NCBI GenBank assembly: GCA_003697105.1
Contig: RFFQ01000191.1
Location: 1 to 62,522 of the forward strand
Direction: 5' to 3'
DNA from: Gemmatimonadota bacterium
GTDB lineage: Bacteria; 4572-55; J002
Length of the DNA: 62,522 nt
In this document: one piece after another, positions 35,928 through 45,974 of the stretch
Position numbering within the stretch: the stretch's first letter is position 1
How the letters are laid out: every line of letters starts with the position of its first letter
Made by a program: the position numbers and the translations under genes
Notes under the pieces: model-generated
What the model was told of the DNA's origin: nothing
The model's database searches: none
Seen by the model: the letters and a program-made list of their open reading frames with translations, nothing else

Positions 35928-37286
35928 TCATGATGGGTGCTCTATTTCACTCAAAATGCGCTCCAGTGCCATGCTACGGGATGCCTTCAGCAAAATCAAA
36001 TCCTCTGGTGTGGCGATGTCAACCAAAATTTTTGCCGCTTCGGTAGCGGTACCAACGCAGAATACATGTTGGGAGGGTATGCCCGCCGCTAACGCACCTT
36101 GGGCGATCTGCCGGGCGAGTGCACCGACACCCACCAACCGGTCGATCTTCAGTTGTGCTACCTGTTCCCCGACCTCATAGTGAAAGCGAGGGGCGGCATC
36201 TCCCAGTTCCAACATATCTCCCAAAACGGCGATACGCTTACCCCGCACTGGTGTGATATGGAGCATCGCTAGTGAAACTCGCATGGAATCCGGGTTGGCG
36301 TTATAAGCATCGTTGATGAAGTTCAGCCCGCCGGCATGCTCCGGTTGAAAACGCATCTTTGCGGGCTGAAATTGGGAAAATCCGGCTTGAATGTGTTCGG
36401 GTGACAGCCCAAATTGGAGACCTACCGCCGCGGCGACTAAGGCATTGTAAATCATGTGCAATCCACCTTGGTTGATCTCAAATGACGCGCAAAGAGGGGA
36501 CAACCCTTTTGAGCGATACTCCACCCGAAACGTACTTTTTTCCGGTTTAAGTTGGTACTCCACAACTCGTACATCTGCCCGGGTGGTAATTCCAAATGTG
36601 ATAATTTTAGCCTTTGTTTTCCCTATTTTGCCCATCACTTCGGGATCGTCGCTATTCAACAGTGCCAGATGCTCCGGTTTAAGGGCTTGAATTACCTCAC
36701 TTTTCGCCTCGGCAATGCGTTCTTTTGTCCCGAAGAATTCGATATGCGCCGTTCCGACATTGGTGATGATGCCCACGGTGGGTTGGGCGATGGTACAGAG
36801 TTCAGCCAGTTCCCCGAAGTGGTTCATGCCCATTTCGATAACGGCGATTTCGTGTGTCGGACGGAGCTTGAGCAGGGTCAGGGGGACTCCAAAATGGTTA
36901 TTGAGGTTGCCCTCATTTTTCAGAACACGGTATTGTTGGCTCAGCACTGCCGCGATCAGGTCTTTGGTGGTCGTTTTGCCATTGGACCCGGTGATTGCGA
37001 TCACCGGAATATTGAATTGTTCGCGGTGGAGTCGTGCTAGGTCTTGCAAGCTGCGCCGGGTATCTTCAACAATGATCCGCGGTACCTCCGGGGTGGTGTG
37101 TTGATTCGCCCATGTTTGATCCACCAAAACTGCTTTTGCCCCAGCCGCTAACGCTTGCGGTATAAAATCGTGCCCGTCAAATTGCTCACCGCGAATGGCG
37201 ATGAACAGATCGCCCGGTTGCACCTGGCGCGAATCAATGGTCACCTGATTTATTCGCTTGAGTAACTCCCGAAATTCATCTTTCAT
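35928..37286 (-). CDS. murF: UDP-N-acetylmuramoyl-tripeptide--D-Ala-D-Ala ligase
   Basis: IDSRQV; DGHDF; ITGSNGKTTTKD; GNLNNHFGVPLT; EMGMNH; INDAYNANP; LGDMLELG; KASR. Confidence 0.95.
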   Translation of the reverse strand: MKDEFRELLKRINQVTIDSRQVQPGDLFIAIRGEQFDGHDFIPQALAAGAKAVLVDQTWANQHTTPEVPRIIVEDTRRSLQDLARLHREQFNIPVIAITGSNGKTTTKDLIAAVLSQQYRVLKNEGNLNNHFGVPLTLLKLRPTHEIAVIEMGMNHFGELAELCTIAQPTVGIITNVGTAHIEFFGTKERIAEAKSEVIQALKPEHLALLNSDDPEVMGKIGKTKAKIITFGITTRADVRVVEYQLKPEKSTFRVEYRSKGLSPLCASFEINQGGLHMIYNALVAAAVGLQFGLSPEHIQAGFSQFQPAKMRFQPEHAGGLNFINDAYNANPDSMRVSLAMLHITPVRGKRIAVLGDMLELGDAAPRFHYEVGEQVAQLKIDRLVGVGALARQIAQGALAAGIPSQHVFCVGTATEAAKILVDIATPEDLILLKASRSMALERILSEIEHPS

Positions 37287-39211
37287 GCTTCATCTTTCCA
37301 TACAAACAGTACCCCGCTATTGGGGAAAATCCACTCATTCGGCGGTAATTCCACCCGAAAACAGCCCGGCGCATCGTGTTTGTGGGGGTATTTATCTTTA
37401 CCGGCAAAAAAACTAAATGCCTGCATTTCTTTTCGCTCGGATGCGGGATAGCGTAGCGTCAGGGACATGCCCTGAACCGGGTGTACCAGATAAACCGGAA
37501 AATAGACGCAGGGCTGATGGTAATCGAGTTCGGTTTCAATACAAAATTCTACCCGCTGTCCTATTTTTTCTGCCAATTGCGGGTGGGTGTAGGTCACCAT
37601 TTTGGTTTGAGGGGTAACCTCTTCCCGTATGGCTTCAAGTTGAAGGTTATCGATTTGCACTCGTAAAATCCGAAAATCATCCGGTGAGAGCACCTTACCG
37701 GTTTGGGGAAGTAACTCCCGGTATTCGCAATCTGGCAGTTCAAATAACCGGGTCAGGCTTGGCGTATCTGTGGCGCAAGCGATGCTGAAAGACGGATGAT
37801 TTAGCACTTTTTGATATTCAATGCGGGTGCGGATGGGATATACCGGATCCGCGGCGGGCGGCAAGGTGATTTCATAGCGAAAATTTGTCCGGAAGTCAAG
37901 GGGTGTTGTGGCTTGTCCGAACAAGACCTGTAATAAGCTTTGATAGATGGCAGACCCCAATTCCTCATTCAGACGAACTTGCAACACATTTTCCAGCATG
38001 TGGTTCAGTTCGGTTGTCGAAAAAAGCTGGTGTACTTGGTCTGCCGGACGGTTTTTCAGATGAGCGACGGTTTCGACCGTTTGATCTGTCCGGTAAACAC
38101 GCGGCGCACGCCGTCCCACCGCACACAAGACCTCATAATTGATGGAATGGGTTGCATTGGCAAGCTCTTCAACAGGGATGTTCTGGTTGCCTTGTTGTCC
38201 GATCAACACCACTTCATCCCCCACCTGCACCTGTGGTATATGAGAAATATCCACCAGCATCATATCCATTGTGACCCGTCCCACAATGGGTGCCCGTTGT
38301 CCTCGGACCAATACCTCACCCCGGTTGGAGAGTTGGATAGGGTAGCCGTCGCCATATCCAACCGGCAATACGGCAATTGGGGTTGCCTTTTTGACGGTGT
38401 ACGTGCGGCTATAGCTGATGGTCTCCCCTGCGGGAATGGTCTTGATCTGCACGATTTGCGTTTTAAATGTCATTACCGGTTCTACCGAAATGGCTGATTT
38501 CAGGGCTTCCCCGGGATAATGCCCGTAGCTGAGCAACCCTGACCGGACAAGATTAAAATGAGCCGAAGGATAAAACACGATGCCGCCGCTATTTGCCATG
38601 TGAATCCGTGAAAAATGGATGTTATCCTGCCGGAGTTGATCGAGTAATTGGGAAAATCGATCAATTTGGTGGTAGCAAAACGGGTCATCGGGGATTTCAG
38701 AGGTGGGAAAATGGGTAAAGATACCATCAAAAATCAGATGGCGGTACGTTGACATCTGCTGAATTGCCTGCCGTGCTTCCGTGAACATAACCCCAGAGCG
38801 CCCCATGCCGGTATCCACCTCAATATGGATGGGGCATCTTTTGCCTGCCTGCTTTGCCGCATCGTTGAGTTTTCCGGCAAAATCCACATCCGAAACAGAG
38901 GCAATGAACCCGTACTCGACAATGAGGGGGATTTCCGGTTCGGCGGCGGGTCCCATCAGGAGAAGGGGTACCCGGATACCGTGCCGGTATAAATGAAGGG
39001 CTTCATCCACATTGGCGATGCCAAGTAGAGAAGCCCCATTTTGGATGGCGACTTTAGCGATTTCCGCCGCGCCATGCCCGTAAGCATCTGCTTTAACCAC
39101 TTGCAACAGTTCCACGCCGGGTTTCAGCTTTGCCCGAATCGCGTTCAAATTTTGAGCAAACGTTTTCAGGTGAATTTCCGCCCAACTGCGATGAAACGGT
39201 ACGCGGTTCAT
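37283..39211 (-). CDS. alr: Alanine racemase with ~270-aa C-terminal extension
   Basis: VVKADAYGHG (PLP Lys); DTGMGRSG; THF; ANSGG; ISYSRTY; GYGDG; GRVTMD; INYEV...RRAPRVY, then an extra domain. Confidence 0.9.
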   Translation of the reverse strand: MNRVPFHRSWAEIHLKTFAQNLNAIRAKLKPGVELLQVVKADAYGHGAAEIAKVAIQNGASLLGIANVDEALHLYRHGIRVPLLLMGPAAEPEIPLIVEYGFIASVSDVDFAGKLNDAAKQAGKRCPIHIEVDTGMGRSGVMFTEARQAIQQMSTYRHLIFDGIFTHFPTSEIPDDPFCYHQIDRFSQLLDQLRQDNIHFSRIHMANSGGIVFYPSAHFNLVRSGLLSYGHYPGEALKSAISVEPVMTFKTQIVQIKTIPAGETISYSRTYTVKKATPIAVLPVGYGDGYPIQLSNRGEVLVRGQRAPIVGRVTMDMMLVDISHIPQVQVGDEVVLIGQQGNQNIPVEELANATHSINYEVLCAVGRRAPRVYRTDQTVETVAHLKNRPADQVHQLFSTTELNHMLENVLQVRLNEELGSAIYQSLLQVLFGQATTPLDFRTNFRYEITLPPAADPVYPIRTRIEYQKVLNHPSFSIACATDTPSLTRLFELPDCEYRELLPQTGKVLSPDDFRILRVQIDNLQLEAIREEVTPQTKMVTYTHPQLAEKIGQRVEFCIETELDYHQPCVYFPVYLVHPVQGMSLTLRYPASERKEMQAFSFFAGKDKYPHKHDAPGCFRVELPPNEWIFPNSGVLFVWKDEA

Positions 39212-40293
39212 TGTGGATCATCATTTGAATCAGAAGCGGGGTCGCTTTCCAGACCGAAAATCTGATTGAACTCGATCACGTATTCATCATATTTTTGGGC
39301 GTAATCTTTCCAATCGATCTGTTTCATTTTGTCGGATTGCGGTACCTTGTCGTACGGAATCTTACCATCTAAGGATGGCACGGATTTCCGTGCGGAGTAT
39401 GCGCCGACAATCGCTTGGAACAACGTTTGACCTTCCAGAGAGAGCATATAATCCATGAATAATTTGGCACAATTGGGGTGAGGGGCTTGGGCCGTGATGG
39501 CAATCGGGCAAGGTTGCATCGGCACACCATCTTCGGGCCACACACCGCGCAAGCCTTCTCCTTTTTTGATGGTTTGATCCCATACGTTATAGCCCAAACT
39601 GGTGGCATCCAACAAAATTTTGCCACTGAGCAACATTTTCACCCGGTCGCCGGCTTTACCGACCACAATCGGGTTTAGCTCGGCGATTTTTTCCCAGAAT
39701 TGGTACTCTTCGCCGTATAAATTCCGAAGATAGTAATATTGGGCGTAAGCGGTGCCGGCTTTGCTGATGTCGCCGATGGCAATTTTACCTTTCCAGCGTT
39801 CCCCGTCTTCGATTAAATCCAACCAGCGTTTGGGGGCGTCTTCGGAGGCAATTTCCTGTGTCGGGTAGGCAATACAAATCGAAATGGTACGTAAACTACA
39901 CCAATAGCCGGTATCCTTTTCGCCGGGAGGGAAATAGGCGTATTCTGGGGAGTTGTAGTACATCAGATAATCTTTATCGCGGAATTCCAAAAACATGGCA
40001 AATTCTGCGGTGTGGAGAACGTCCACTTTGACATCACCGGCTTCAACTTCCTCCAGAAATTTTTCTTTCACACTCAGCGAACCCGTGCGGTACAACTCCG
40101 TTTGGATAAACGGGTATTTTTCTTCAAATTCGTATAACATCCGTTGGGAGGCATCTTTGGGGCTGGAGGTGTACCAGACCAACTTCCCTTCTTGCTTTGC
40201 TGCTTCAATAATCGCCTGATGATCTTGAGCATACCCCCCCTGCCAAATTCCCCCGATTAATATAAAGCCGATGATCCACCAACGATAATTCAT
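39208..40293 (-). CDS. ABC transporter substrate-binding protein (Fe3+/AfuA-polyamine-thiamine cluster type)
   Basis: AGGAG SD then ATG 40293; signal peptide; AAKQEGKLVWYTS; APKRWLDL; APHPNCAKLFMDYMLSLEGQ. Confidence 0.85.
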   Translation of the reverse strand: MNYRWWIIGFILIGGIWQGGYAQDHQAIIEAAKQEGKLVWYTSSPKDASQRMLYEFEEKYPFIQTELYRTGSLSVKEKFLEEVEAGDVKVDVLHTAEFAMFLEFRDKDYLMYYNSPEYAYFPPGEKDTGYWCSLRTISICIAYPTQEIASEDAPKRWLDLIEDGERWKGKIAIGDISKAGTAYAQYYYLRNLYGEEYQFWEKIAELNPIVVGKAGDRVKMLLSGKILLDATSLGYNVWDQTIKKGEGLRGVWPEDGVPMQPCPIAITAQAPHPNCAKLFMDYMLSLEGQTLFQAIVGAYSARKSVPSLDGKIPYDKVPQSDKMKQIDWKDYAQKYDEYVIEFNQIFGLESDPASDSNDDPQ

Positions 40294-40309
40294 CGATGTT
40301 CTCCTAATT

Positions 40310-41404
40310 TCAGTTGTGTAAATAAGGTTCAGATGCGATGAGTCCTCCACCGATAACAACATCCGCTTGATAAAACACGGCGGATTGTCCCGGGGTGATT
40401 GCCCGTTGCGGTGTCTCAAACACGACGCGGGCGCGATGTGCATCTAATGGGTATAGTGTTGCCTGATCACCGTGATGGCGGTACCGAATTTTAGCGGTCA
40501 CTGTCAGGGGCTTTTCAAGGGTCTTGATGCTGATCCAATTTGTGCGTTCTACAACCAGTTCTTTCTGATAAAGGGCATCATCATCGGCGACGACAACCAC
40601 GTTGTTTTGGGGGTCGATCCGTTTGACATACACCGGACGACCCACCGCCAATTTCAAGCCTTTACGTTGCCCGATGGTATAAAGCGGTGTGCCTTCGTGC
40701 ATACCGAGTACGTTGCCGGCTTCATCCTGAATTTCTCCCGGTTGAAGTCGATCCCCTAACTGCCGTTTCAGAAAGCCACGGGTATCATTGTCTGGGATGA
40801 AGCAAATTTCCTGACTTTCCGGTTTGGTTGCCGTCCGAAAGCCATATTTGCGGGCAAGGTGGCGTACTTCCGGTTTGGTTAATTCTCCAAGGGGCAACAC
40901 GGTGTGGGCCAACTGTTCTTGGGAGGTATCCCACAAAAAGTAGGTTTGGTCCTTGTGTTCGTCTCGCCCTTTGAGGAGTTCCCAACGTCCACTGACCTCA
41001 TTATAACGAATCCGGGCATAATGTCCGGTAGCCACCTTGTCATAGCCGGCTTGTCGGGCGCGGATCAGCAAATCCCAGAATTTGAGCTGGCTGTTACAGA
41101 TCACACAAGGGTTGGGCGTTCGCCCCGCAGCATATTCATTCACAAAATTATCGATCACGGTGCTTTGGAAGGTTTCTACTTCATCAATCACATGATGCCG
41201 GATGCCCAATTGGCGGCAAACCGACTTGGCGTCATTGATGGAGTCAATCGAGCAACAACTCTTCTCGGTCGTTTCGATGCTACCGTAGCAGAAGGTCTTC
41301 ATGGTCATGCCGAGGACATCATAGCCTTGTTCAACGAGCAAAGCTGCTGCCACGCAACTATCAACCCCGCCGCTCATCGCGACGACAATACTTCGTTTTG
41401 TCAT
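40310..41404 (-). CDS. mnmA: tRNA-specific 2-thiouridylase MnmA
   Basis: AMSGGVDS; TPNPCVICN; ATGHYA; KDQTYFL; ESQEICF; YTIGQRKG; AITPGQSAVFY. Confidence 0.97.
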   Translation of the reverse strand: MTKRSIVVAMSGGVDSCVAAALLVEQGYDVLGMTMKTFCYGSIETTEKSCCSIDSINDAKSVCRQLGIRHHVIDEVETFQSTVIDNFVNEYAAGRTPNPCVICNSQLKFWDLLIRARQAGYDKVATGHYARIRYNEVSGRWELLKGRDEHKDQTYFLWDTSQEQLAHTVLPLGELTKPEVRHLARKYGFRTATKPESQEICFIPDNDTRGFLKRQLGDRLQPGEIQDEAGNVLGMHEGTPLYTIGQRKGLKLAVGRPVYVKRIDPQNNVVVVADDDALYQKELVVERTNWISIKTLEKPLTVTAKIRYRHHGDQATLYPLDAHRARVVFETPQRAITPGQSAVFYQADVVIGGGLIASEPYLHN

Positions 41405-41412
41405 GGTTTTCC

Positions 41413-42546
41413 TTAAAAATAGGCGTCTTCCGTTTCTTTATCAAATAGATGAATTTTGGCGAGATCGATGACCACCTCAATTTGATCATCTGGGTTGACT
41501 TGACAATCGCCGTTGACTTGAGCTAAAAAGCGACGCTCCCCGGCGAATAAGTCCAGAAATTTATCGGAACCAATCGGTTCCACAATATCGACGGTGACCG
41601 AAATCGGGTTGCTGAGGTTGGGGTTTTGCCCCAGCCGGCGGTTCGCCAGCCCGTGCTCCAACTCATTTTTTTCAAAAATATTTTCGGGACGTAACCCTAA
41701 AATTACCGGCTTCCCAACCGCTTTTTCCGGTATTTTTTGTTGCATTTCTGCATTAAACTCGATGCGGAAATCGGTCATATCCAAAACGAGTTTCCCGTCG
41801 TCCTGTACCACCGTTGTTTCCACAAAATTCATGGGTGGGCTGCCAATAAAACCGCCTACGAATTTATTTTGGGGGTGATGATAGACCTCATCGGGCGACC
41901 CCACCTGCTGAATGACGCCCCGATTTAAAATGACCACCTTTGTGCTGAGCGTCATGGCTTCGATCTGGTCATGGGTGACATAAATCATGGTTGCTTTGAC
42001 CCGCTTATGAATCCGTTTGAGTTCCGTGCGCATTTGTAAGCGGAGCTTGGCATCCAAATTGGAAAGCGGTTCGTCCATCAAATAGACTTGCGGTTGTAGT
42101 GCCAGTGCCCGTGCCACGGCGACCCGCTGCCGCTGGCCGCCGGAGAGTGCTGCCGGAGAGCGATCTTTTAGGGATTCCATTTGCACCATGGCGAGTGCTT
42201 CATCCACCCGAGCCGCGATTTCATGCTTGGGGTATTTTTGGATTTCCAGACCAAATGCCACATTTTTCCAGACATTCATGTGCGGGAAAAGGGCATAATC
42301 CTGAAACACCATCGCGATACCTCTCCGCTGGGGGTCTAAACGGGTGACATCTTTCCCCCCAATCCGAATCGTGCCGGAAGTGGGTTCAGAAAGCCCGGCA
42401 ATCATGCGCAAAATGGTGGTTTTCCCGCAACCAGAAGGTCCCACCAAGGTCACAAAATCGCCATCATCAATCTCTAGCGAAACATCGTTGGTGGCTCGAA
42501 CGTCATCAAATTCTTTGACTAAATGGTGTAACGATACACTTGCCAT
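41413..42546 (-). CDS. ABC transporter ATP-binding protein (MalK/UgpC/PotA family, TOBE domain)
   Basis: GPSGCGKTT; MVFQDYALFPHM; LSGGQRQRVA; MDEPLSNLDAKLR; YVTHDQ; FIGSPPMN. Confidence 0.93.
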   Translation of the reverse strand: MASVSLHHLVKEFDDVRATNDVSLEIDDGDFVTLVGPSGCGKTTILRMIAGLSEPTSGTIRIGGKDVTRLDPQRRGIAMVFQDYALFPHMNVWKNVAFGLEIQKYPKHEIAARVDEALAMVQMESLKDRSPAALSGGQRQRVAVARALALQPQVYLMDEPLSNLDAKLRLQMRTELKRIHKRVKATMIYVTHDQIEAMTLSTKVVILNRGVIQQVGSPDEVYHHPQNKFVGGFIGSPPMNFVETTVVQDDGKLVLDMTDFRIEFNAEMQQKIPEKAVGKPVILGLRPENIFEKNELEHGLANRRLGQNPNLSNPISVTVDIVEPIGSDKFLDLFAGERRFLAQVNGDCQVNPDDQIEVVIDLAKIHLFDKETEDAYF

Positions 42547-42601
42547 GTGTGCCTTCCCCGGCGAAATGTTAAAATTAAGCTAAGTTATTCACTTTAGCTG
42601 A

Positions 42602-42630
42602 AGTATATCAGATAGAAGATGGAAAATCAA
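42602..42630 (-). promoter_or_regulatory. sigma70-type promoter for the ABC ATPase-mnmA-SBP-alr-murF run
   Basis: TTGATT-17 nt-TATACT. Confidence 0.6.
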
Positions 42631-42660
42631 GATTTAACTGTACGGAAAATCCGGCGGTTA

Positions 42661-44097
42661 CTACGTGTGAGAGAATGCCGGACGGGCAACTTTGTTCCCG
42701 CTCCCTTTCCGGTTGAAGATTTTTGCCCCGCTGATCTCAAACCCGGCGCGATAGTACATTCTTTTTGCTTGATTGAGCCAAAACGGTAATGACTTTTGAT
42801 CTGCTTGTTTCTGTCGTGCCAGATCAACTTCCTTCCAGATCAGTTTTTCTGCAAATTTGTAAAATGTAGCGTTGTAACGTCCTTCAAATGAATAGCGGGT
42901 ATCGCCCGGTGCAGGCTCGATCAGTCGGTCTTTGACATCCTCGTAAAATGGCGTGCCTTTGATGGGGTAGGCGAGGCTGATAAAGATTTTATCCGGCATG
43001 GTGCGGCGCAACATGTGGATGGTTGCCAACACATCTTCTTTTTCTTCGCCGAGATAGCCCAGCATAATGAAGGTGCTAAATTTAACCCCATGACGGCGTA
43101 GCACCTCAACCGCACGATACACCTGCTCCAATTTATAATCACGCATCATGGCTTTAATGACCTTTTCCGAACCACTTTCCGCTCCTAGGTGAATTTGATC
43201 ACAGCCGATAGATTTCATGGCTTCGATTAGCTCGTCATCGATGTTATTGACCCGTCCAATGCACTCAAATGGGAAGTAGAGGTTGTTTTGGTGCATCTGT
43301 TCGACAAATTGGAGTACCCATTTTTTGTTGATAGTGAACACATCATCCACAAACCATAAGCGATCCGGGTTGAACGTCTGTTTGACCTGTTTAATTTCCT
43401 CTACGACATTTTCCGGCGAGCGATGCCGGAACGTGCGCCCGAAGACATTCTTTGCACACCACCGGCAGCGGTACGGGCAGCCTCGCGCGGTGGAAACGGA
43501 AATCACGGTGTACCCATGATGTTTTTTCCACGTATCCAGATAGGCTTGCATGTCCAGCCGGTCTCGCTTGGGGTAGGGCAGGGTATCCACATCTTCAATT
43601 TGTGCCCGTGGCGGGTTGGTGATGATCTGACCCTCTCGTTGGAAGATCACACCGTCAATCTGGTCTAAGGGTTTGGCATGAGGCGCCCCCCGGAAATGAT
43701 CCATCAGTTCGAGACACGTGATTTCGCCCTCGCCTTCCACCACCGCATCCGTGCCGGCGGCAAAGTAATGAGCGGCATATTGCGCAGGGTCGGGTCCTCC
43801 GGCGATCACAACGCAACCCAATTCTTTTGCTTTTTTGGCGATATTTAAGGCGGTCTTACGGGTAGTGGTATGCCCGTAAATCCCAATTACTTTTGGTTTA
43901 AGTCGTTCTATTGTGCGGTAGCAATCGGTTTCATCCTCGTAGAACGTACCATCAAAAATATCGACGCGATAATTGCTTTCCCGTTCCAGATAAGCGGCGA
44001 TATACTGCAACCCCAAGGGCGGGTAAGGGCGCATGATATGGCGTTCATGGGGGTCTTGCTTGAGAAAATAGGTGTGTATCAACAGTAAATCTAACAT
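42661..44097 (-). CDS. B12-binding-domain radical SAM protein
   Basis: YPPLGLQYIAAYL; GGPDP; VEGEGE; TARGCPYRCRWC; FVDDVF; GAESGS. Confidence 0.9.
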   Translation of the reverse strand: MLDLLLIHTYFLKQDPHERHIMRPYPPLGLQYIAAYLERESNYRVDIFDGTFYEDETDCYRTIERLKPKVIGIYGHTTTRKTALNIAKKAKELGCVVIAGGPDPAQYAAHYFAAGTDAVVEGEGEITCLELMDHFRGAPHAKPLDQIDGVIFQREGQIITNPPRAQIEDVDTLPYPKRDRLDMQAYLDTWKKHHGYTVISVSTARGCPYRCRWCAKNVFGRTFRHRSPENVVEEIKQVKQTFNPDRLWFVDDVFTINKKWVLQFVEQMHQNNLYFPFECIGRVNNIDDELIEAMKSIGCDQIHLGAESGSEKVIKAMMRDYKLEQVYRAVEVLRRHGVKFSTFIMLGYLGEEKEDVLATIHMLRRTMPDKIFISLAYPIKGTPFYEDVKDRLIEPAPGDTRYSFEGRYNATFYKFAEKLIWKEVDLARQKQADQKSLPFWLNQAKRMYYRAGFEISGAKIFNRKGSGNKVARPAFSHT

Positions 44098-44148
44098 GGA
44101 TGTGACGTTCTCCAGCGGTTTGGGGTTATCCCACGCGGTGGGGTAATT

Positions 44149-44592
44149 TTAGGGGTTGGTTTCATACGCCATCATTTTGTTGACCCGGCGTTCATGCCGT
44201 CCCCCTTCAAACTCTGCCGTAAACCACGCTTCCACAATATCGAGTGCGACATGTTTCTCTAAAATGCGTTCCCCGAGGCACAGTACATTGGCATTGTTAT
44301 GTTGGCGGGAAAGTTCTGCCATCTGGCGGCTAGTACACAATGCCGCCCGGATACCCCGCACCTTGTTCGCCATGATCGACATTCCAATCCCGGTGCCGCA
44401 GATCAAAATGCCGCGATCATGGTTGCCATCGCGGACACTTTCGGCCACTTGGCGGGCGTAATCGGGATAATCCGTACTTTCGGTGCTATGTGTCCCAAAA
44501 TCGGTGACGTCAATGTTTCGTTCGACCAACATGGCTTTGATCGTTTCTTTCAGGTGATACCCGCCGTGATCGCTCCCAATCGCCACTTTCAT
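44149..44592 (-). CDS. rpiB: Ribose 5-phosphate isomerase B
   Basis: IGSDHGG; DYPD; ICGTGIGMSIMANKVRGIRAA; HNNANVL; FEGGRHERR. Confidence 0.96.
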   Translation of the reverse strand: MKVAIGSDHGGYHLKETIKAMLVERNIDVTDFGTHSTESTDYPDYARQVAESVRDGNHDRGILICGTGIGMSIMANKVRGIRAALCTSRQMAELSRQHNNANVLCLGERILEKHVALDIVEAWFTAEFEGGRHERRVNKMMAYETNP

Positions 44593-45002
44593 GCGCTATC
44601 TCCATTGTGAGGGCTACCATTTCCATTCGTATGACCATTTTTGTTTAATTTACGTTCATATTCCTTAAAAATCTGACGAACCCGTTCGCGCGTCAGACCA
44701 AACATATCTCCGACCGCTTGAAGCGTGTAATTTCCGCTCCGCATCCGTTCGTAAATTTCACGATCCCGAGCTTGGCGGCGCTTTCCGGCTAATCGAAAAT
44801 GGATATTATATTTTTCCCGATTTTTTTGAATGGTGCCGGCATGGACACCCAGTAATTCCGCGATTTCGGCGTCGGTCATGTAGTTTTGCTCCCGTTTTTC
44901 GCGTAAAAATGATTCTAAGTCTGTACCAAATTTTTCCCGAACAAGCCGTTCGGTTCGGGACCCTTTACGTACATATCGCTTTTTCTTACCGTTGCTTTTC
45001 AT
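44589..45002 (-). CDS. Small basic double-HTH protein with a sigma70 region-4-like motif
   Basis: MTDAEIAELLGVHAGTIQK and YTLQAVGDMFGLTRERVRQI; GGAGG SD; 4-nt overlap with rpiB. Confidence 0.75.
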   Translation of the reverse strand: MKSNGKKKRYVRKGSRTERLVREKFGTDLESFLREKREQNYMTDAEIAELLGVHAGTIQKNREKYNIHFRLAGKRRQARDREIYERMRSGNYTLQAVGDMFGLTRERVRQIFKEYERKLNKNGHTNGNGSPHNGDSA

Positions 45003-45023
45003 ACTACAAACAACCTCCTTGAA

Positions 45024-45974
45024 TCAATTTTGTAAACGACTAATTTTTTCAAGTTGAGACCGGACAAATGGATTTGTTTCCATTTGCTCCAGTGTATTTA
45101 AGTGCGCTTTCACGGATGGATCCTCCGTGTATGGTGCCAGCGCATCGACAGCGAATCCCCGGATAAAGGGGTCTTCGGCTTCTAAAAAATGAAAAATAAC
45201 CAGCAGGTGATCTGGCAGGCCGGTCGCTTTCAGGACTTCAATTAAATAAGAGCGGGTGACGGGGTCTGATGCCGGGTTTTGTAATGCCTGAAGCACCGGT
45301 TCCACGGCGAGAGAATCCATTTTGATCAGGGCTTGGGCGGCGGGATAACGCACCCCGAAAAAAGGATCATTCAGATGATCGATCAATACGGGAATTGCTG
45401 TTGGATCCCGTAATTCTCGCAAGCCGAAGGCGGCGGCTTTGCGCACAAGTTCTTTTTCGTCGTTCATGCCCTGCATCACAAACGCGGTTGCCCGGTGGTC
45501 GCCAATTCGTCCGAGTGCGGTGTAGGTGTTGCTCCGCAAGCTGGATTTCTGATTCCATTGGGGATGGTGTACCATCGCGAGTAAGGGTTGCACCGCGGTA
45601 CTATCTTTGATGCGTCCTAAGACCTCGATCCCCAATATTACCGCCCGCAAGCTGTCTCCCTGAAGAGCCTCGATCAAGGCTGGAACCGCCGGTTTGCCGA
45701 TTCGGGGGAATAGATTCCGTAAGGCGTGGTACTCGCGCGGGTGTTCGGTTCCCAAAATAGAAACCAAATAGTCGATTGTCGCCCGGGCGGAAGCGGTGTC
45801 AGTGGAATCCTGCGCCATTTCAACCAATTTCAGGCGTGCCGGTTCGACATCCTCTTGAAAGTAAATCGATCCTTCTGAGGCTTGAATAAACAAGCTATCC
45901 GGTGTGCTGGCAAGGTAACCGGCATATACCGGGGGCATACTCAGTAACACAACAAAAATGATGGCAGACCTCAT
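45024..45974 (-). CDS. Exported HEAT-repeat (PBS-lyase-like) protein
   Basis: Signal peptide; GKPAVPALIEAL; ALGRIGD; VRKAAAFGL; AIPVLIDHLNDPFFGVRYPAAQAL. Confidence 0.8.
   Translation of the reverse strand: MRSAIIFVVLLSMPPVYAGYLASTPDSLFIQASEGSIYFQEDVEPARLKLVEMAQDSTDTASARATIDYLVSILGTEHPREYHALRNLFPRIGKPAVPALIEALQGDSLRAVILGIEVLGRIKDSTAVQPLLAMVHHPQWNQKSSLRSNTYTALGRIGDHRATAFVMQGMNDEKELVRKAAAFGLRELRDPTAIPVLIDHLNDPFFGVRYPAAQALIKMDSLAVEPVLQALQNPASDPVTRSYLIEVLKATGLPDHLLVIFHFLEAEDPFIRGFAVDALAPYTEDPSVKAHLNTLEQMETNPFVRSQLEKISRLQN

Noticed and set aside
40294-40443. N-terminal extension of the SBP in the ORF track (similarly 15864, 19046, 31101, 49524, 58431 starts)
   Set aside because: Overlaps neighbouring genes or regulatory DNA; downstream ATGs fit the SD, signal peptide or family N-terminus better
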